Shown: positions 1-10,133 of the stretch, one piece after another
Layout of the letters: each line of letters begins with the position of its first letter
How positions within the stretch are numbered: position 1 is the first letter of the stretch
Assembly (NCBI GenBank): GCA_964291405.2
Contig: OZ219926.1
Location: 4,224,001 to 4,288,000, forward strand
DNA length: 64,000 nt
Reading direction: 5' to 3'
From: Thermodesulfobacteriota bacterium
GTDB taxonomy: Bacteria > Desulfobacterota > Binatia > Bin18
The notes under the pieces: model-generated
What the model saw: only the letters and a program-made list of their open reading frames with translations
The model's database searches: none
Told to the model about the DNA's origin: nothing
Made by a program: the position numbers and the translations under genes

Positions 1-2
1 TT

Positions 3-47
3 GTTGTTGACGAAGCGGCAACCGTACGGCTACGCAATGGGAGATGA
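3..47 (+). CDS. 3' end of a gene entering from outside the window, possibly a hydantoinase B/oxoprolinase C-terminus
   Basis: Frame reads VVDEAATVRLRNGR*, resembling the VDxxATxxLR tail of the hydantoinase B at 46128-48155. Confidence 0.4.
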   Translation, partial: VVDEAATVRLRNGR

Positions 48-89
48 GGGGAGAGTAGGACCCACTCCAAGTTGAAGGAAAGAGGAGCA

Positions 90-1136
90 ATGCGATTTAG
101 TGTCATGATTTGGCCTTACTCGGGCCAAACGATAGAACCGGTTGTCCGCCTCGCCCAATGCGCCGAAGCCTGTGGCTTTGAGACGGTGTATGTCGGTGAT
201 TCGCAGATGCTGTGGAACGACGTCTACGTCTGTCTGGCCTGCTGCGCCCAAGCTACGCAACGGGTACAACTCGGGCCCGGCGTGACGAATCTGGTCACCC
301 GCCATCCAACCGTGACGGCCAATGCAATGGTCTCCCTCAACATGCTCAGTCAGGGGCGAGCCGTGCTCGGTATCGGCGCAGGGGACTCGGCCGTGAGAAC
401 CGCGGGCCTCTCCCCGGCTAAGCGAGATCAACTGCGTCGGGATGTTGTTTTCATTCGCCACTTGTTTTCAGGACAAGAGGTGGAAGCTCCTGATGTGTCC
501 ACCCCCGGAGACAAGAAAACCTGGGGACAGGAAGTACGGCTGAAGTTGGCTGGAGCCGAAGAATGGGGGAAGGTGCCCATTGAGATTGCGGTCATGAGTC
601 CGCGAGCCGCCACGTTGGTCGGTGAAATAGGCGACGGCGTTATTGTTGACGGTCATATGGGCGGAAACGGGGAGGGCGCGCGGGTTGCGGTCGAGGCGGC
701 GAGTGAAGGCGCGCGAAAAGCGGGCAAGGACCCGGCCCAACTCCGCTTTATCGCCGCGATCGACGCAGCTATTGACGATGATCGGAGGGCGGCGCTCGAT
801 CAAGTGCGTCCGACTGCCGCGCGGAATATTGCCAACAAACTCTGGCTCCCGGACACGCTTAGTATTGAACATGCCGATGTCGTGAAAGCGGTGACCGAAA
901 GCTACCGCTTCTATGAACATCTTGACTTAACCGCCAAACATCGTGAACTTATTCCTGATGTCGTTGCCCAGAAATGTACCATTGCGGGAACGCCTCAAGA
1001 CTGCATTGACAAAGCGTGTGAGCTCAAAGCCGCTGGCCTGACCGATATTGCTATTTTTGTGACCACCCAGAATGAAGCTGCGGCGCGTACGACACTGGAA
1101 CGATTTGCCAAAGAAGTCATCCCATCCGTGAGATGA
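90..1136 (+). CDS. LLM class flavin/F420-dependent oxidoreductase (Mer-like)
   Basis: GFETVYVGDSQ, LGPGVTNLVTRHP, SQGRAVLGIGAGDS motifs; GAGGAG RBS before ATG 90. Confidence 0.9.
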   Translation: MRFSVMIWPYSGQTIEPVVRLAQCAEACGFETVYVGDSQMLWNDVYVCLACCAQATQRVQLGPGVTNLVTRHPTVTANAMVSLNMLSQGRAVLGIGAGDSAVRTAGLSPAKRDQLRRDVVFIRHLFSGQEVEAPDVSTPGDKKTWGQEVRLKLAGAEEWGKVPIEIAVMSPRAATLVGEIGDGVIVDGHMGGNGEGARVAVEAASEGARKAGKDPAQLRFIAAIDAAIDDDRRAALDQVRPTAARNIANKLWLPDTLSIEHADVVKAVTESYRFYEHLDLTAKHRELIPDVVAQKCTIAGTPQDCIDKACELKAAGLTDIAIFVTTQNEAAARTTLERFAKEVIPSVR

Positions 1137-1169
1137 CGTGTGGAGAGCCGGAAAAAGGGAGACGCCGAG

Positions 1170-1604
1170 ATGGCTGCGGAAGATCTGGTCAAACTCTGGG
1201 AAGAGCATGTTATAGGCGAGTTTGTCGAAAAAGATGAAGAGCTTTCGCTTTCGACTATGGTGGAGGATGCGTCGGTCATGCACATGCCGACGCGCTCTGG
1301 CGGAAAGGGCAAGGCCGAACTCCGTACCTATTATCGGGACATGTTCATCCCCTCGATTCCCGATGAGTGGGAGCATGTCATGACGAACCGCGTTGTGACC
1401 GAAGACTGTATTGTCGAGGAAGCCACAGTCCATATGGTCCATTCGAAGCAGATGGACTGGTTTCTGCCTGGGATTCCCCCGACCGGCAAGACCGTCACGG
1501 CGGAATTAGTCATTATCATTGAGTTTCGGGATGGGAAGATGTCTGCGGAACGCATTTACTGGGACCACGCCGCGGTACTGCGGCAGATAGGCCAGCTCGC
1601 ATAG
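1170..1604 (+). CDS. SnoaL-like/ester cyclase (NTF2 fold) protein
   Basis: LPGIPPTGK and ERIYWD motifs typical of SnoaL-like proteins. Confidence 0.8.
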   Translation: MAAEDLVKLWEEHVIGEFVEKDEELSLSTMVEDASVMHMPTRSGGKGKAELRTYYRDMFIPSIPDEWEHVMTNRVVTEDCIVEEATVHMVHSKQMDWFLPGIPPTGKTVTAELVIIIEFRDGKMSAERIYWDHAAVLRQIGQLA

Positions 1605-1676
1605 CTAGGCCGCAGGTCGCCCTCTGAGGGAGAGCTGGCAAGCGCGTACCTCGGAGGCCGGACGAAAGGAGTAAGG

Positions 1677-2939
1677 ATGAAGAAATGCTGTCGAGCCTAC
1701 AGTCTTCTCATTCTTTTCTTCTTGCTGCTGTTCGGCAGCGAGATACCCTTTGCCGCAGCTGGTGAGGAAGAATCCGTAGTGGATCAGGCCAGGCAGGGCG
1801 ATTTGCTTGGGGCGGTTATCACTTATAAGGCCAGGCATGACCCGACCGCAAAGAACGGGCTTGTCACGCTCCAACAACTCGCGCTTGAGGTCCTACGACT
1901 GGGACTGCGATTGGGCGACCCGCATGAGCGGAACGTGGTTGCTGGTATCCTTGGGCGAAGAGGTGACCCCGCTGGAATCGTGGTGCTTGATGAGGCCTTA
2001 CGGTCCGACCAGCCCATGCTCCGCCGGACCGCGGCCGACGCCCTGGGTGATATGGCGACGCCTGATGCGGTCGGGCTGCTGCGTCGGCTCTATTACACAG
2101 ACTCAGTAGGGAAGCGCCTGGCGTTGTCGGGCTTACGACGGACGCGGGACCGAACCGCGCTGCTGCTCTATCTTGATGCCGTGAGTAGTGCGGATACCCG
2201 ACTGCGCACCCAAGGGGCGGGTGGTCTGGGCGAACTCCGCTCTGCGGTTGCATCGCCGGTGTTACACACGCTCCTCAAAACAGAAAAAGACCCCATCGTT
2301 GCCATCACGCTGGCGTGGTCACTGGCGGCGACGGGTGATGCAACTGGATTTGCCTATCTCACCGCTAAATTGAGCGATGCGAGTGAGCAAATCCGCGATG
2401 CCGCAGTTGGATTGCTCGGATCGCTCGATGACCCGAGCATCGTCGGGTTGCTGCGGACCGCCCTGCAATCCGACCCGTCTGAAATGGTCCGCACCACAGC
2501 CGCCGCTTCCCTCACGCATTTCAAGGACGCGAGCGGCCTCCCCCTTGTCCAGCAGGCGTTGGAGCACGTTGATTTTCGTATTCGTCTGGCCGCCTCCGTT
2601 TCCTTTAACCGTATGGACTATGGGACGGCGAAGCCGCTGATTGTGAAAGCGTTGCAGTCCTGGGACCCGTTGACGCGTTCCAGTGCGTATCAGGTTATTG
2701 GCCAGAATCAGGATGCCAGCGTCGCGTCTGAAGTGATTGCGGCGGTGGGGCGAGAGCAGGACCTGTATGCCAAGGCGCAGGGGTTATGGACGATCGGGCG
2801 GATCGGTGGGGCCGAGAGTGTTCCTCAACTCCTGGATATGCTCGCCGCAGAAGAGGAAACGGTGCGGCACGCCTCTGCGGAGGCTCTGGTCTTCATCAGT
2901 GATCGTCTGTTACAGCAAAAAGGGCGGCAACAGCGGTAG
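1677..2939 (+). CDS. HEAT-repeat protein with N-terminal signal peptide
   Basis: Repeated vRxxAAxALG helical units; hydrophobic N-terminus. Confidence 0.85.
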   Translation: MKKCCRAYSLLILFFLLLFGSEIPFAAAGEEESVVDQARQGDLLGAVITYKARHDPTAKNGLVTLQQLALEVLRLGLRLGDPHERNVVAGILGRRGDPAGIVVLDEALRSDQPMLRRTAADALGDMATPDAVGLLRRLYYTDSVGKRLALSGLRRTRDRTALLLYLDAVSSADTRLRTQGAGGLGELRSAVASPVLHTLLKTEKDPIVAITLAWSLAATGDATGFAYLTAKLSDASEQIRDAAVGLLGSLDDPSIVGLLRTALQSDPSEMVRTTAAASLTHFKDASGLPLVQQALEHVDFRIRLAASVSFNRMDYGTAKPLIVKALQSWDPLTRSSAYQVIGQNQDASVASEVIAAVGREQDLYAKAQGLWTIGRIGGAESVPQLLDMLAAEEETVRHASAEALVFISDRLLQQKGRQQR

Positions 2940-3059
2940 AGGCTGTTCGGCTCTTTACGCCCGGCAGGCCGCTTGATAAGAAGCCGTCCTGCTCCGGTTT
3001 TGCCTTCGGGCTGGGCTAGGGGCAAAGAATTCGAGAGGAATCAACACAGGAGGACCTAT

Positions 3060-3449
3060 ATGGCTGCGTTCGATACAGACTGGATGGAGCGCTGGCAAGT
3101 CTTGGTCAATCAGGACAGCGTGACCAAGATCATTGGCAGACATTTGACCACGGATGTCCTGCTGGCTTTCGGTGATACCGCCTACGTCGTGTCATTCGTA
3201 GGCGGGACGATACCGAAAGTCTCGGCCAATATCGGACCTGAATCGACCTACGCGTTTGCTCTGCGTGGTCCCGCGGAAACCTGGGCAAAATTTATCCAGC
3301 CTATCCCTCCGCCCATGTATAATGATATCTGGGCAATGGCCCATCCGCTTCACGGACGCCTGCAGATTGAAGGCGATGTCAAAGTCATGTGGCAGAACCT
3401 GCGGGCCTTTACCTGGACGCTTGATTTGATGCGGAATGTACAAGAATAG
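3060..3449 (+). CDS. SCP2 sterol-carrier-like hypothetical protein
   Basis: About 129 aa with GRLQIEGD motif typical of the SCP2 fold; AGGAGG RBS. Confidence 0.55.
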   Translation: MAAFDTDWMERWQVLVNQDSVTKIIGRHLTTDVLLAFGDTAYVVSFVGGTIPKVSANIGPESTYAFALRGPAETWAKFIQPIPPPMYNDIWAMAHPLHGRLQIEGDVKVMWQNLRAFTWTLDLMRNVQE

Positions 3450-3460
3450 GAGCAAGAGCC

Positions 3461-4303
3461 ATGGCGAATATTGAACCCATTACTGGTCATTATGTGCGTG
3501 TCCCGTACGCGGGAGAAGACTATCGGGTGTTTTATGAGGAAGCCGGGCAGGGCATCCCCCTTGTGTGTCTCCACACGGCGGGCACGGATACGCGCGAGTG
3601 GCGTCACCAATTGTGTGATGCTGAGATCAACGGTGACTTTCGGGTGATTGCGCTCGACCTGCCGCGACATGGAAAATCCATTCCGCCCACGGGCTGGTGG
3701 AAAGAAGAGTATAAGCTGACGGCCCAGTTTTACTCGGAGTTCCTGATGGCTTTCTGTCAAGAGCTCGAACTCGACAATCCGGTTATCATGGGCAGCTCGA
3801 TGGGCGGGAATATCTGTCTGCACCTGGCGCGTAACTTCTCGTCTAACCTGCGTGCCCTGATAGCAATCGAAGCCTGCGACTACTCGCCCGGCTGGTGGCT
3901 AGACTGGCTCTGGAATCCCCATGTGCACGGCGGCGAAGCGTGTGCCACCTCGGTGTATGGCCTGATGGCGCCGCAGAGCCCGGAAGAGTATCGCCGAGAA
4001 ACCTGGTGGTATTATTCCCAAAGCGGTCCAGGCATCTTCAAGGGCGACTTGTATTTCTACAGTGTTGATCACGACTTCCGTGAAGTGGCGGAACAACTGC
4101 CGGGCGATATTCCCATCTACTTCATGACGGGCGTGTATGATTTTGCCTGTACGCCGGAGATGACGGAAAAAACAGCCAAAAAGGTCAAGAACTCCGAGTG
4201 TATCATTATGGAAGAAATCGGCCATTTCCCTATGTGTGAGAATCCTGTGACATTCAAGAAATATCTGATGCCAGTGCTAGCCAAGATTCTCCAAACGAGC
4301 TAA
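3461..4303 (+). CDS. alpha/beta fold hydrolase
   Basis: DLPRHGKS, GSSMGG nucleophile elbow, C-terminal GHFP. Confidence 0.9.
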   Translation: MANIEPITGHYVRVPYAGEDYRVFYEEAGQGIPLVCLHTAGTDTREWRHQLCDAEINGDFRVIALDLPRHGKSIPPTGWWKEEYKLTAQFYSEFLMAFCQELELDNPVIMGSSMGGNICLHLARNFSSNLRALIAIEACDYSPGWWLDWLWNPHVHGGEACATSVYGLMAPQSPEEYRRETWWYYSQSGPGIFKGDLYFYSVDHDFREVAEQLPGDIPIYFMTGVYDFACTPEMTEKTAKKVKNSECIIMEEIGHFPMCENPVTFKKYLMPVLAKILQTS

Positions 4304-4367
4304 GGCTGAGAGAGCACACTGGAGCTGGGCGGCAACGGCAATCCGCTCGCGGTCAGGAGGAAGTCTC

Positions 4368-5582
4368 ATGAAATTCAATCTTTTTGTTTTACCGACCATC
4401 CCGGCGACGTTCGAGGAGCGCGAACGGCTGCGGCCCATTGGTCGCAACAACGACAAATATCAAGAAATGCTCACTGAGTTGCGCGAGATTGCGCAACTGG
4501 CCGAAGAGTTCGGCTTTGACGCCATGTCCACCACCGAGCACCACTTTCACTCCGAGGGCTATGAGGCGTCTATTGCGCCGTTGATGCTGTACACCGACCT
4601 TGCAGCGCGGACCGAGCGCATCAAGTTTGCCTCGCTCGGATTGGTCTTACCCACCTGGGACCCGCTCCGGGTAGCGGAAGAGATTGCCGTGATTGATCAT
4701 CTGACCAAGGGTCGCTTTATTGCCGGCTTTGCCAGGGGCTATCAGGATCGTTGGACCAATGTGCTTGGGCAGCACTACCATGTGACCGGTGCACCCATGG
4801 ACGGCTCTGAGGTGGATGCGCATAACCGGGCGGTCTTTGAAGAAGTCTTTAAGATTATGAAGACCGCCTGGACCGAAGAGTCCATTCGGCTTAAGACCAA
4901 GTACTACGAGGTCCCGACCCCCTATGAACACGGCATTCAGCGCTGGCCGGTCGCCAAAAACTGGACCTCGAAATACGGGGCTGAGGGAGAGGTGGACGAA
5001 AACGGGGCGGTGCAGCGAATTTGTGTTGTTCCCAAACCCTATACCGAACCCCACCCGCCGATCTGGCAGCCGTTTTCGGTGAGCGAGAAAACGATCCGCT
5101 GGTGCGCCACCGAAGGGATTGTGCCGTGGATTCTGATTTCGCATCCCCCTGCGTTCCGGGAGCTATGTGAAGCCTATCGTGAGGAGGCAGCCAAACATGG
5201 CCGGAATCTCGAACTCGGCGAGAGTATCGGCGCCTTTCGGTCGGTGCATGTCGGGAATACGTACACCGAAGGCTATTCTCTGGGAGCGGAAACGCAGGGG
5301 GCCGGATTCATCCAATATTTCGCCGGGTTCGGCTTCTTTGAGGCCTACCGCTACCCTGGCGAGACGACACCCGTCCCCTGGAAGTTCGAGCGTATGGTCG
5401 AGGCGAAGTACTCGCTGGTTGGGACTGTCGATGATGTCAAGCGTGAACTGGAAGCACTCCAGAAGAATGCCAATATTGAATGGTTTGGCTGGTTCTTTGA
5501 TCAAGGGATGATGCCCTGGGAAGAGACCAAGCGTCAGCTCGAAATCTTTGGGACTAAAATCCTGCCGGAATTCAAAGACTAA
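4368..5582 (+). CDS. LLM class (luciferase-like) monooxygenase
   Basis: TEHHFH, DPLRVAEEIAVIDHLTKGR, PKPYTEPHPPIW motifs. Confidence 0.9.
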   Translation: MKFNLFVLPTIPATFEERERLRPIGRNNDKYQEMLTELREIAQLAEEFGFDAMSTTEHHFHSEGYEASIAPLMLYTDLAARTERIKFASLGLVLPTWDPLRVAEEIAVIDHLTKGRFIAGFARGYQDRWTNVLGQHYHVTGAPMDGSEVDAHNRAVFEEVFKIMKTAWTEESIRLKTKYYEVPTPYEHGIQRWPVAKNWTSKYGAEGEVDENGAVQRICVVPKPYTEPHPPIWQPFSVSEKTIRWCATEGIVPWILISHPPAFRELCEAYREEAAKHGRNLELGESIGAFRSVHVGNTYTEGYSLGAETQGAGFIQYFAGFGFFEAYRYPGETTPVPWKFERMVEAKYSLVGTVDDVKRELEALQKNANIEWFGWFFDQGMMPWEETKRQLEIFGTKILPEFKD

Positions 5583-5615
5583 GCCCATCTCTGGGGATTT
5601 CCTTCCTTATTTGTC

Positions 5616-5643
5616 GGGCGTGTCTTGGGACACGCCCTTTTTT
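5616..5643 (+). terminator. Rho-independent terminator
   Basis: GGGCGTGTC-TTGG-GACACGCCC followed by T6. Confidence 0.85.
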
Positions 5644-5723
5644 ATTGGTATGATGGTCTGACTTTTCTCCAGGTGCTCGTCTCGTGTGTGTCTAACGCGT
5701 GAGCAAGGTCAAAGAGAACAAGC

Positions 5724-6548
5724 ATGCACATCCTTCTCACCGGTGCCGGCGGTCAGCTAGGCTATGCCATTCAAGGCATCTTCAGTCATCACGATATTAT
5801 CGCTTATGACCGACAGCAGCTCGATATTACCGACCTCGATGCGATCCGCGCAGCGGTCGCAACGCATGCTCCCGACTTGGTACTCAACGCGGCTGCGTAT
5901 AATGCTGTGGACCAGGCGGAGCGAGATCCTGAGGCCGCGTATCGGGCAAATGCCCTCGGCCCTCGTAACCTTGCCCTCGTGACCGCAGCCCGTGGGATGC
6001 CACTCCTGCATATGTCCACGAATTATGTTTTCGACGGACTGAGCCGCAGGCCGTATCATGAATTTGACAGGCCTCACCCCCAGTCGGTTTATGGGCAGAG
6101 CAAGCTCGCTGGAGAAGAAGCGGTGCGGGCCTTAAATCCAAAGCATTATATTGTTCGCACCTCTTGGGTGTACCACACGCACGGAAAGAACTTTATACAA
6201 ACCATGCGTGCCCTCTCCCAACAGCCCGAAGTCCGGGTGGTAAACGACCAATTTGGTTCCCCGACCTATGCCCCGCATTTAGCAACAGCCTTGGCCCGGC
6301 TCGTGACGACTGAAGCCTTTGGGACCTACCATATGGCCGGCCGGGGTGGCACGAGCCGCTTTGATCTCATTCGGACTTTATATGCACTCCTTGGCGTTCG
6401 TTCCCAGGTGAAACCCGTTCCGAGCACAGAGATGCCCCGCCTGGCACAATGCCCCTCCTATGCGGTGCTGACAACGCTTCAAGAGCCCTCTATACATCTC
6501 CCGCCCTGGCAAGATGGCCTTGCCCAGTTTGTGCAGTCTGCGTTATAG
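5724..6548 (+). CDS. rfbD: dTDP-4-dehydrorhamnose reductase
   Basis: TGAGGQLG, NAAAYNAVD, YGQSKLAGE, VVNDQFGSPT. Confidence 0.92.
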   Translation: MHILLTGAGGQLGYAIQGIFSHHDIIAYDRQQLDITDLDAIRAAVATHAPDLVLNAAAYNAVDQAERDPEAAYRANALGPRNLALVTAARGMPLLHMSTNYVFDGLSRRPYHEFDRPHPQSVYGQSKLAGEEAVRALNPKHYIVRTSWVYHTHGKNFIQTMRALSQQPEVRVVNDQFGSPTYAPHLATALARLVTTEAFGTYHMAGRGGTSRFDLIRTLYALLGVRSQVKPVPSTEMPRLAQCPSYAVLTTLQEPSIHLPPWQDGLAQFVQSAL

Positions 6549-6627
6549 CCGGATCATTCTCTCGGACAAAGGCTTGAAACACCAGGGTGAAGCCAGGCAT
6601 CTGATACTCTCGGAAGGGAGCGGAAAC

Positions 6628-7368
6628 ATGGAAGAAGGGCACACACAAGGAGAAAATGCCCAGGCTCAAACGGCGATCAAAGGACGCCTTTTCGGTAAAA
6701 TTACGCTTATTGTTGTTGGGGTCGCTCTGCTCATCTTTTTAGGTCGTCAGGCTGGGGCGTATGTGCCGGTGTTTGCCGCCTGGGTGGAGACGCTTGGGGT
6801 GTGGGGACCGCTTGTCTTCATTGCCGGCTATGCCCTTGCCGCTGTGGCCTTTATCCCCGGCTCTGTCCTCACCCTAGCTGCAGGTGCAATCTTCGGGCTC
6901 CTGAGCGGCATCGTGTATGTCTTTATTGCCGCTACCCTGGGTTCGTGTCTCGCGTTTCTGGTTGCGCGTTATCTTGCTCGGGGGGCTATCGAGCGGAAGC
7001 TGGCCGATACACCCCGATTTGCCGCTATCGATCGGGCGGTGAGTGCTCAGGGACGGAAAATTGTCTTTTTGTTGCGACTGTCTCCGGTCTTCCCATTTAA
7101 TCTTCTGAACTACGCTCTGGGCCTGACTAATGTGCGCTTTGTGGACTATGCTATCGCTGCGTTTGGTATGCTGCCAGGGACGATTCTGTATGTCTATTAC
7201 GGAAAACTGGCCGGAGATGTGGCCGCTCTGGCTGGAGGGGCTGCGCCGGAACGAGGGATTGCTGACTACGGAGTTCTCCTCCTGGGTCTGGTCGCTACCA
7301 TCGTAGTAACCACCATTGTCACACGCACGGCTCGGAAGGCGCTCAAGGAAGCGACCGGAGAAGACTGA
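6628..7368 (+). CDS. TVP38/TMEM64 (DedA/VTT) membrane protein
   Basis: LLRLSPVFPFNLLNYALG signature; multiple TM segments. Confidence 0.9.
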   Translation: MEEGHTQGENAQAQTAIKGRLFGKITLIVVGVALLIFLGRQAGAYVPVFAAWVETLGVWGPLVFIAGYALAAVAFIPGSVLTLAAGAIFGLLSGIVYVFIAATLGSCLAFLVARYLARGAIERKLADTPRFAAIDRAVSAQGRKIVFLLRLSPVFPFNLLNYALGLTNVRFVDYAIAAFGMLPGTILYVYYGKLAGDVAALAGGAAPERGIADYGVLLLGLVATIVVTTIVTRTARKALKEATGED

Positions 7369-7434
7369 CGCACTATGACGAGTCTGCTCAGATGCAGGTA
7401 AACCCTCCACTCACAAAGACGATGGGAGAATTTG

Positions 7435-8499
7435 ATGGATTTCGGAATTTGTGTTGCCGCAAAAATTGATGACGTCGGTTACATTACCCATGCAGAAAAT
7501 CTCGGGTACTCCCACGCTTGGGTCGCTGACAGTCAAATGATCTGGTCAGACTGCTACGCCGTGCTGGCCCTGGCCGCCCAGCAAACTCGTACGATTAACA
7601 TCGGTACAGGTGTGTCTGTTGCAGGGACGCGCATAGCTCCGGTGACGGCGCATAGCATCGCCACGATTAACCGCTTAGCCCCAGGCCGCACCTTTCTTGG
7701 GATTGGCACCGGCAACACCGCCATGCGAATCATGGGTCACAAGCCCATGAAGCTCCGAGAGTTCGGTGAGTATTTACGGGTACTCCGGGCGCTCCTGCAC
7801 GGTAAAGAAGTGACCATGACCTGGCAAGGTCAAACCACGCCGGTCCAATTCCAGATGCAGGAGTATCAGTTCATTGATGTCGAGCACTACATCCCCTTGT
7901 ATGTCTCCGGCTTTGGTCCAAAGGCTCAGGCATTGGCGGGTGAATATGGCGATGGGTTGGTTGTCTCCATCCCCCCAGACCCGGAATTCATGCGCCGGGC
8001 ACTGCTCAACGCCAAGGCAGGCGCCGAACGCGGCGGGCGGAATGGAGACCATTATTATACGTGTGCCCTCAGCGCGGTTGCCTTGTTAGAACCGGGTGAA
8101 TCGCTCAGCTCGGAGCGTATTCTGCGTGAATGCGGTCCGTTTGCTATTGCGTCGCTCCACTATCTGTACGATAAAGTGCGCCAGTTTGGTGGACAGCCGC
8201 CCCGGCATCTCGCCGATATTTGGGACGAATACAGCACGCTGGTCGAGCGAACGCCGCCCTCGCACCGTCATCTGCGCATTCACGCCGGCCACTGCGTCTA
8301 CCATCTGCCTGAAGAGGAAAAATTCATTACGCCCGAGCTTATCAAATCGACCTGTCTTGCCGGTACACCAGAGGAAGTCATCGAACAGATCAAACGCCTT
8401 CAGACAACCGGCCTGGATCAAATCATGCTGCTCCCCTCTCTCGCGACGCAGTATCGGGTGATTGAAGATTTCACCCGGAAAGTCATGGAGAAGTTGTAG
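7435..8499 (+). CDS. LLM class flavin/F420-dependent oxidoreductase
   Basis: WVADSQMIWSD, LAPGRTFLGIGTG motifs. Confidence 0.9.
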   Translation: MDFGICVAAKIDDVGYITHAENLGYSHAWVADSQMIWSDCYAVLALAAQQTRTINIGTGVSVAGTRIAPVTAHSIATINRLAPGRTFLGIGTGNTAMRIMGHKPMKLREFGEYLRVLRALLHGKEVTMTWQGQTTPVQFQMQEYQFIDVEHYIPLYVSGFGPKAQALAGEYGDGLVVSIPPDPEFMRRALLNAKAGAERGGRNGDHYYTCALSAVALLEPGESLSSERILRECGPFAIASLHYLYDKVRQFGGQPPRHLADIWDEYSTLVERTPPSHRHLRIHAGHCVYHLPEEEKFITPELIKSTCLAGTPEEVIEQIKRLQTTGLDQIMLLPSLATQYRVIEDFTRKVMEKL

Positions 8500-8605
8500 G
8501 ACAGGCTTAAAAGAGGCGCAGGGCTGGGCAACTCGGCGTTGACAAGCGTGAGCGTAATGACTGAGCGCGAGCAAGGGCGCAGGGGGCGGTCGCTCCTCGG
8601 TACCT

Positions 8606-9001
8606 CTATTCAAACGCGGTCGTCACCAGCTCCGTATCCAGATATTCTGTAATCTGCTGGATTTTGCTGTTCTGAAGCTGAATGACTAAACAGTAGGTAT
8701 TGTTATATGACTTGCCCGTCTTTGTTTGTGACTTGCCTTGGGTTTGCAAGACGACATAGTCCCCTTCGGCAATCGTATTCAGAATGGTGTTGGTGATGAA
8801 CCCATCGAGTTGCGCAGTCAGAGGGGTAAAGAGCCGCTCAACGATATCCGCCTTGCCGGTATAGGTGTGAGAGTATTTCGTGGTGCCGATAATGGTCCAG
8901 CGGATATCGTCTGACAAATGGCTGAAAAACTTTTCCGAATTACCGGCATTCAACGCGGCGAATGTGTCGTGAACCAATTGTTTATTCTCAGCAGCACCCA
9001 T
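8606..9001 (-). CDS. SnoaL-like/NTF2 family protein
   Basis: IAEGDYVV, YNNTYC, EYLDT motifs. Confidence 0.85.
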   Translation of the reverse strand: MGAAENKQLVHDTFAALNAGNSEKFFSHLSDDIRWTIIGTTKYSHTYTGKADIVERLFTPLTAQLDGFITNTILNTIAEGDYVVLQTQGKSQTKTGKSYNNTYCLVIQLQNSKIQQITEYLDTELVTTAFE

Positions 9002-9076
9002 AATAGTCCCTCCTGTAATGATATAGAGTAATGGACATATCGCACGTTTACAGGCGGATTGCCATCGCCCGGACGA

Positions 9077-10062
9077 CTAAAACGCTACTGGCAGCGCCTT
9101 TAAGCCCCGCAGGGTCAACATATCGCGCCACTCAAGCTGGTCCGTTGCCAGTTGTATATCTGGCATCCGGCGCAGCATCGAGTTGATAGCAATCTGTGCT
9201 TCGACCCGGGCGAGTGGTGCCCCTAAGCAATGGTGAATACCGTGACCGAAGGTGAGGTGCGGATTCTCCTGGCGGGTAATATCAAGCTGGTCAGGGTCGG
9301 GGAAATGGGCTGGGTCGCGATTGGCCGCTCCGAGCAGGAGCAGGGCTTGCTGGTTCTTGCATATGGTTTTGCCACCCACCTCAATATCTTCAAGTGCCAC
9401 CCGCGCGGTGATTTGTACCCAGCCGTCATAGCGGAGAAATTCTTCAACCGCCGTTTTGATCAACGACGGGTCCGCTTTCAGCTTGGCCATCGAGCCAGGG
9501 CTGCGGTCCAGTCTTTGAAAGATTCTCGGTCTTGTGTGGGAACGCCAATCAACTCAGCAATCACAATGACCGGCAACGGAAAGGCCAAGTCCTGGATAAT
9601 GTCAAAGCGCCTCTTTGCGTGTACAGCGTCAAGTAAGTCATGCACGATGTCCTGAATATGGGTCCGCATATTTTCAACCATCCGCGGCGTAAACGCCTTT
9701 GTGACTAATTTGCGCAGCCGGGTATGGTTGGGTGGATTTTTTAAGAGCATCCACCGGCTTTGCATATCGTCAGCAGGGCCAGTCCCACCCAGGGCTTCGA
9801 CATAATCATCAAACTGTTCCCAATTTCGTGGGTTGGCGCTGGCTTTGGAATGCCGTAGTATGGTGACAGTATCGTCACAACGCGTGCACACCCAGAACCC
9901 GAACACGGCACTTCAGTGGACGGGGTCAGCTTCGCGGAACCGGCGATAGATTGGGTAGGGGTTCTGACGGAAATCCTGCTGAAGGAGGTTGAATTCTAGC
10001 GGTATTTCGGGATGAGCCGGTGTCTCAGTATCTGGGACGGACGATTGGGATTCTTCGGGCAT
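9077..10062 (-). pseudogene. cytochrome P450 pseudogene
   Basis: ATG 10062 reads ...FRQNPYPIYRRFREADPVH then in-frame TGA at 9915-9913; continues NPPNHTRLRKLV...LPVIVIAELIGVP; frame change near 9480 with the I-helix region absent; last fragment has EFLR (ExxR) and FGHGIHHCLG heme motif. Confidence 0.85.
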
Positions 10063-10133
10063 GGGGGTGTTCCCTTCAACATGCTACTGCGGCCCTTAGA
10101 GCAGCGATATAGACGGGTTGTAGGAAAGTCAAG

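Noticed and set aside
9913-9915. In-frame TGA as selenocysteine or recoding in the P450
   Set aside because: The position fits Trp, the gene has a second lesion, and TGA is used as a normal stop throughout the window
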